Shown here piece after piece: positions 59,601-64,000 of a stretch of DNA of 64,000 bases. The notes beneath the pieces are model-generated. The model did not search any database. It had not been told where the DNA came from and saw only the letters and a list, made by a program, of their open reading frames with translations. Source of the stretch: Nitrospinaceae bacterium (GTDB taxonomy: Bacteria; Nitrospinota; Nitrospinia; Nitrospinales; Nitrospinaceae); contig OZ245011.1 of the NCBI GenBank assembly GCA_965223665.1, positions 2,496,001 through 2,560,000 on the forward strand, given 5' to 3'. Positions within the stretch are counted from its first letter, which is position 1. Every line of letters starts with the position of its first letter. Position numbers and translations under genes: made by a program.

Positions 59601-61852
59601 GGCAACGTATAAGTCACAGACAACCGCGGACGGGTGTCCGTTTGCCTGGAAAAAAACCGAATGGCGTTCCACCAGTCAGGATGCTCGCCTGGACCAGCAT
59701 TCTGCACCGCCAATCCATTATTGGTAATGCTGCCATCCACCCAACCCTGAATTACACTAATTCCTGCAGCATTCAATGGAATTGTGTTCAATGCAAACTT
59801 CTGGGGTGTGATGGTTCCCATGATCGTGGAACTTACATTGGTGGTTCCGCCTAATGAATTCCAGGTCGCTCCTGTTTCTGTCCATGAAGTCAATATTTCA
59901 TGCAGATGATAGGAAGTTTCACTACGGTTAAATAAATCAAAATACACGGTCGCCGATTGAATCGTCGCATTCGATGGAATGGAGGATAAATCCCAGGACA
60001 CCAACACCAGAGCATCACCTTCTATCGTATTTTCAAAAGGTCCGTGTGCAATCAGTTCTGCTTTCCCACCATAATTCGTATCAGGCGCCCCTTCAAAAAT
60101 ATAAGTATCCCGGGTTCCATTGTATCCGGAGTGGGGGTACGTCCCATCCTGAAAGTGTGCTGAATACACAGGCGGATCTACAAAACTCGGAGTAAAACTG
60201 AACTGACTCCCAGGGGCTGGGATCGCTGTATTACTTTCATGATCCTGAACGTTGATCACTGTAAGGTTATACGTCGTTGTGTTACTCAATTCTGAAGTCA
60301 GTAACCTCACGGTTCGATAATCATCCAACAGTTCTGCAGCCGTAATGGTAGCTCCGTTATCTAATACATAGTTAGCAGAATTCTCGGCACTTACTTTTTC
60401 CAGAGGCTCCGAAAACTGTACTTCTAATGTCAACGGATTCGGCGCATACACCGAAAACAACTCCGGAGGAAAGGTATTCAAATCATGAGTAATCGTAAAC
60501 TGGTCTTCGATTTTACCCAGGGAATCGATAAAGATCGCTTCCAGACGATTCTCATACACATCCAATACCATTGAACCTAATTTGTTTAATGAAAGGTACA
60601 TAGCTGGATGATTCAGTAATCCTCCAGAAATTTTGCCTGAACTTCCGGCCACGGCATAAACAGCGCCGTCATTTCCTGCCTTGGTCCCATTTGGATTTAA
60701 TGTTTTAGAATATGCTCCATCTGACATATGCAGCGGTTCGGATTTACCATTCCCACTGTCTAAGGCATGAGTGCCCAGATTAAAAGTCGTCTGATCTCCA
60801 TAATGTCCATTCAGAAAATAAGACCGCTCATAAGAATGACTGTGACCCGACAACACTAAATCCACTCCATTGCTTTCCAGAATAGGAACAATGTTCTCAC
60901 GCATTTCGATTAAAATCTGCTCTGCATTAGAGTTATGAGAACCACGGGTATAAGGAGGATGGTGCCAATACGCAATGATCCATTCCTTATCATTGGCCGC
61001 TAAATCACTTTGCAACCAGGTGATCATTGAGGAAGGCGCTACTCGAGGATGACCAAACGAATCCAAGACAATAAAGTGAATATTGCCGTAATCAAACGAA
61101 TAATACGCCTCAGTTCCCGAGGCCACTCCACCGGCTTCTGCCGCTCGAGGGAGTTGCCAGATGTCAAAATAGGTCCCGGTTTCATTTCCAGACGTTGCAC
61201 TTCGTGCATCATGATTTCCAAACGTTGGCCACACCGATACATTCCTTAAGAATTCCGGATACATTAAAAACACACCATCATGGTGATTACGGTCATTACC
61301 ATCATCATAGGCATTGTCTCCCAGCATCAACCAGATATCCGGATCACGGTCTTTTGTATAATTCTTAAATCGTTCACCCACCACTAGCGCACGAGTGTCT
61401 CCGGTACCAGAATCTCCAACAACCCAGATTCGAGTCGGCTTTGCCGTTCCAGCATTTGGTGGAGTTAAAAAAGTTCCATTATGCTTTGATTCTGTGGAAG
61501 GAGTGGTTGATGTTCCAACTGCATAATAATAACGGGTATCGGCAGTCAAGCTGGTGAGCGTCACTTCATATTCCCTCCAACTTTCAGGACAATAACCGCA
61601 TGACTTGGTCACTGCTGTTGTGTCGGTTTCTATAGTGGTTAAACTTCCCGGAGAGGTTCCAAAATGAATACTGTTATTGAAATCCTCGGAAGCGGGAACA
61701 CGCCATTTTACAATAACGCTGTTTGGAGTAAGAGTTTGAAGGAAGGGACCCCAGTCATTTAAATCTGCTGACGCAGTTTTTCCAAAAATCAAAAAACATA
61801 GGGACATTATTAATGTCCAATGTCGATTTTTTGTTAATTTCAAAAAGGTCAT
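56678..61852 (-). CDS. Giant secreted purple-acid-phosphatase-like metallophosphoesterase with Ig-like, HYR and DNRLRE (CBM96-like) modules
   Basis: ATG 61852 after GGAGG; signal peptide; FN3-like GPFLQ..TPNSVIVKW; GDSG, LGDNAY, GNHD, WHHPPY, SGHSHSYER; four F(H/Q)DG...RP(K/R)L(T/S)(I/V) domains and HYR repeats (DTTPPVVTAPAD...GTTIVTWSATD). Confidence 0.88.
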   Translation of the reverse strand: MTFLKLTKNRHWTLIMSLCFLIFGKTASADLNDWGPFLQTLTPNSVIVKWRVPASEDFNNSIHFGTSPGSLTTIETDTTAVTKSCGYCPESWREYEVTLTSLTADTRYYYAVGTSTTPSTESKHNGTFLTPPNAGTAKPTRIWVVGDSGTGDTRALVVGERFKNYTKDRDPDIWLMLGDNAYDDGNDRNHHDGVFLMYPEFLRNVSVWPTFGNHDARSATSGNETGTYFDIWQLPRAAEAGGVASGTEAYYSFDYGNIHFIVLDSFGHPRVAPSSMITWLQSDLAANDKEWIIAYWHHPPYTRGSHNSNAEQILIEMRENIVPILESNGVDLVLSGHSHSYERSYFLNGHYGDQTTFNLGTHALDSGNGKSEPLHMSDGAYSKTLNPNGTKAGNDGAVYAVAGSSGKISGGLLNHPAMYLSLNKLGSMVLDVYENRLEAIFIDSLGKIEDQFTITHDLNTFPPELFSVYAPNPLTLEVQFSEPLEKVSAENSANYVLDNGATITAAELLDDYRTVRLLTSELSNTTTYNLTVINVQDHESNTAIPAPGSQFSFTPSFVDPPVYSAHFQDGTYPHSGYNGTRDTYIFEGAPDTNYGGKAELIAHGPFENTIEGDALVLVSWDLSSIPSNATIQSATVYFDLFNRSETSYHLHEILTSWTETGATWNSLGGTTNVSSTIMGTITPQKFALNTIPLNAAGISVIQGWVDGSITNNGLAVQNAGPGEHPDWWNAIRFFSRQTDTRPRLSVTYTLPTGADSISPSIIAPPDVVVDSTGDQTSVSLGTAAAVDDIGVASITNDAPAGGFPLGTTIVIWTATDAAGNTGTDSQNVTVRVPTATSPNTISFQDGVEPSAFYFGTEDSTLTETSPHKNLGDDTELWGDGVSQDPDTGRYGELTFVTKWDLSAIPPNAVISSVDVSFNVFNDSPVAHDLYSVDANWTEPEVTWNIINHSTTIGSTILGSIPPLIFNENIVTLNQTGIDLVQGWIDGSISNNGIIVQTSGSNNGMGVYSSEATTATTRPKLTITYTVSTGGDTTPPVVTAPADVTMEATGPTTTVDLGTGTANDDVDGSLTPTNDAPAGGFSVGTTIVTWSATDSSGNTGTDTQNVTVTDTTPPTVTAPADITTTDTTPNLGTGTATDLVDGSITPTNDAPATFPLGTTVVTWSATDAAGNTGTDTQSVTVEESSGGPVTVSFQDGVEPDSGYAETEDSYLRETSPNVNEGSNSQLLSDGVAQDPDNGLFGEVMTVVVWDVSSIPTNATVQSASIIMDFFDASSGDYNFFEALTSWDENTVTWDGFGGGSTNVGTNTIATVPGFSFNETEVSLTAEGLSLVQGWIDGSISNNGLVLKTAGSNNGVGAYSSEATTATTRPKLTITYTVSTGGDTTPPVVTAPADVTMEATGPTTTVDLGTGTANDDVDGSLTPTNDAPAGGFSVGTTIVTWSATDSSGNTGTDTQNVTVTDTTPPTVTAPADITTTDTTPNLGTGTATDLVDGSITPTNDAPATFPLGTTVVTWSATDAAGNTGTDTQSVTVEESSGGPVTVSFQDGVEPDSGYAGTEDSYLDEADPTANKGADVELWSDGRERNTETRAFGELFSVISWDISSIPTNAVVQSVSITIDIFNSSSGESFFYEAQTGWSEGTVNWNTFSDSSTIGATVLGTVAMDALNETTIDLNQDGIDLVQGWIDGGINNNGFVIRSDGSVNGMIFDSREASTWRPKLTIIYTLP
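57204..58831. repeat. Direct repeat of ~580 bp with 1050-bp period (57204-57781 / 58254-58831), encoding a HYR-HYR cassette
   Basis: Copies identical by eye except one C/T at 57620/58670; the intervening DNRLRE cores are diverged. Confidence 0.9.
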
Positions 61853-61955
61853 TATTTTTTCCTCCTTATTCTTAATCCACACATTTCCAACAATTTCCCT
61901 CTTTTTTCGGAAAAGAAATATATTTCAATTTTTTTTAAAACCTACCTTATCAGGT

Positions 61956-61972
61956 AGCATAATAATTTCCAA
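61956..61972 (-). promoter_or_regulatory. Possible sigma54 promoter of the giant phosphatase
   Basis: Minus strand TTGGAAATTATTATGCT (GG-N10-GC), about 105 nt upstream of the ATG. Confidence 0.35.
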
Positions 61973-62352
61973 CAAAAATACACCTATTTTAGAGTAAAAT
62001 ATGCAAAAATTACCTACTCGAAACATATTCTCAACATATCGGAAAGTTGATAATTTTTTCATGTTTTTCATCTGAACTTTTAGTTGGGAATTGCAATAAA
62101 GAGGAAAAAATCTTGGAGAAGATACGAAGAGGAAATTAAAGCCTAACTTATATTGATAAGGCAGACCTGCTTAAACTTTTTCAATAATTTTTGATTCTAT
62201 CTTAGAATTAAAATCTTCCAATGCTTTTGGAGGGTAATGAGAAAGGGAAAGATTTTTCAGAATAGTTTGTTATTCAAAATTCAAATTTATTATCCACACC
62301 TGAGATGTTTGGTGAATTTTGATATATTCTTGTTAAAGTAAGAATCCTATAG

Positions 62353-64000
62353 TTACGGCAATGTATAATTAATAGTCAACTTGGGCATTCCGGTTGCAGC
62401 TTCACTTGAGTCGAAAATCATCCCATTAATGGTACCATCCCCTCGTATTACGATTCCTTCATTACTAATACTTCCATCAATCCAACCTTGCACTAAATCA
62501 ATTCCATCTTGATTCAAGTCAATAACATTTTCCCCCAAAGCATCAATTGGAACCGTACCTAATACATCCGTTCCTATGGCGGAGCCACCTGTAAAGGTAT
62601 TCCAGTTGACTGTTCCTTCGGTCCAGGAAGTTTGAGATTGATAAATAAAACTTTGTCCTGGACTGCTATTAAATATATCTATAGTAATACTAACCGATTG
62701 AACAATTGCATTGGTTGGAACCGATGATATATCCCAAGAAATAACTGAGAATAATTCTCCAAATGTCCGAGTTACAGGGTCACGCTCACGGCCATCAGAC
62801 CACAATTCTACATCTGTACCGTTATTGACAGTTGGAGCCGTTTCTTCAAGATAAGCATCTTGAGTTCCAGAATATCCGGGATCCGGTTCAACTCCATCCT
62901 GAAAACTTATAAAAAAGCCAACCACTTCAATCGTCACATTCTGCGTATCCGTTCCCGTATTGCCCGCAGTATCCGTCGCACTCCACGTCACGACAGTTGT
63001 GCCCACCGGAAACGTCGCAGGCGCATCATTCGTCGGTGTGATCGAACCATCGACTAAATCATTGGCCGTGCCGGTCCCTAAGTTTGGAGTCGTATTCGTT
63101 GTCGTGATATCCGCAGGCGCTGTCACTGTCGGCGGAGTCGTGTCTGTCACCGTTACGTTCTGTGTATCCGTTCCTGTATTGCCTGAACTGTCCGTTGCGC
63201 TCCAGGTCACCACCGTCAACCCGACCGGGAACCCACCCGCAGGTGCATCATTCGTCGGGACCAACGACCCATCCACATCGTCATTCGCCGTACCCGTGCC
63301 CAACGCCACTGTCGTCGTCGGGCCTGTCGCTTCCGTCGTCACATCTGCAGGCGCTGTCACTACGGGAGGCGTCGTGTCTTCTGTGATCGTTACGTTCTGC
63401 GTATCCGTTCCCGTATTGCCCGCAGTATCCGTCGCACTCCACGTCACGACAGTTGTGCCCACCGGAAACGTCGCAGGCGCATCATTCGTCGGTGTGATCG
63501 AACCATCGACTAAATCATTGGCCGTGCCGGTCCCTAAGTTTGGAGTCGTATTCGTTGTCGTGATATCCGCAGGCGCTGTCACTGTCGGCGGAGTCGTGTC
63601 TGTCACCGTTACGTTCTGTGTATCCGTTCCTGTATTGCCTGAACTGTCCGTTGCGCTCCAGGTCACCACCGTCAACCCGACCGGGAACCCACCCGCAGGT
63701 GCATCATTCGTCGGGACCAACGACCCATCCACATCGTCATTCGCCGTACCCGTGCCCAACGCCACTGTCGTCGTCGGGCCTGTCGCTTCCGTCGTCACAT
63801 CTGCAGGCGCTGTCACTACGGGAGGCGTCGTGTCTTCTGTGATCGTTACGTTCTGCGTATCCGTTCCCGTATTGCCCGCAGTATCCGTCGCACTCCACGT
63901 CACGACGGTCGTGCCCACCGGGAACGTGCCCGGGGAATCATTCGTCGGTGTGATCGAACCATCGACTAAATCATTGGCCGTGCCGGTCCCTAAGTTTGGA
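62353..64000 (-). CDS. Large HYR-repeat surface protein with C-terminal DNRLRE-like domain; 5' part lies outside the window
   Basis: The frame stays open from 63918 to the window end (PNLGTGTANDLVDGSITPTNDSPGTFPV), so the GTG at 63918 is internal. Confidence 0.88.
   Translation of the reverse strand, partial: PNLGTGTANDLVDGSITPTNDSPGTFPVGTTVVTWSATDTAGNTGTDTQNVTITEDTTPPVVTAPADVTTEATGPTTTVALGTGTANDDVDGSLVPTNDAPAGGFPVGLTVVTWSATDSSGNTGTDTQNVTVTDTTPPTVTAPADITTTNTTPNLGTGTANDLVDGSITPTNDAPATFPVGTTVVTWSATDTAGNTGTDTQNVTITEDTTPPVVTAPADVTTEATGPTTTVALGTGTANDDVDGSLVPTNDAPAGGFPVGLTVVTWSATDSSGNTGTDTQNVTVTDTTPPTVTAPADITTTNTTPNLGTGTANDLVDGSITPTNDAPATFPVGTTVVTWSATDTAGNTGTDTQNVTIEVVGFFISFQDGVEPDPGYSGTQDAYLEETAPTVNNGTDVELWSDGRERDPVTRTFGELFSVISWDISSVPTNAIVQSVSITIDIFNSSPGQSFIYQSQTSWTEGTVNWNTFTGGSAIGTDVLGTVPIDALGENVIDLNQDGIDLVQGWIDGSISNEGIVIRGDGTINGMIFDSSEAATGMPKLTINYTLP
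62939..63906. repeat. Perfect tandem repeat, 456-bp (152-aa) unit, just over 2 copies, continuing as a diverged copy
   Basis: CTGCGTATCCGTTCCCGTATTGCC recurs at 62941, 63397 and 63853. Confidence 0.92.

Noticed and set aside
56678-64000. Diversity-generating retroelement or CRISPR explanation for the repeats
   Set aside because: The repeats are in-frame coding domains, essentially identical rather than adenine-variable. No reverse transcriptase, cas genes or repeat-spacer pattern is present in the window.

Overview
This is an AT-rich (roughly 35% GC by eye) bacterial chromosomal segment. It most likely comes from a Nitrospinota (Nitrospina-like, nitrite-oxidiser-related) organism. That assignment is inferred from gene content: a c-heme/EbdC-type NxrC-like protein, an orphan nuoB, a short LRR protein and small sigma54-driven genes. 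Recognisable genes include oadA-oadB-oadG, an AsmA/YhdP-like protein, rlmB, rpsU, modABC with a clear ModE box, an MBOAT/SGNH-like pair, a TetR-MMPL-LolA-like-OMP operon with a duplicated operator, tRNA-Leu(UAA), tRNA-Pro(UGG), a hemY-FIST-Nfu_N-Trx/NHL cluster and a blc-photolyase cluster. At the right end are two giant, GC-richer HYR/DNRLRE surface proteins with near-perfect internal DNA duplications; one carries a purple-acid-phosphatase head. The most interesting unexplained features are: (i) a probably leaderless His/Cys-rich ORF ending in DPPP upstream of a YcnI-like copper protein, a candidate metal-sensing arrest-peptide system; (ii) several sigma54 promoter + enhancer + small ORF + structured CU-rich RNA cassettes; (iii) a ~170-190 nt rod-like ncRNA candidate; (iv) a degenerate DyP and a degenerate histidine kinase. 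I saw no CRISPR array, integrase or transposase. All calls are by eye and no database searches were run.
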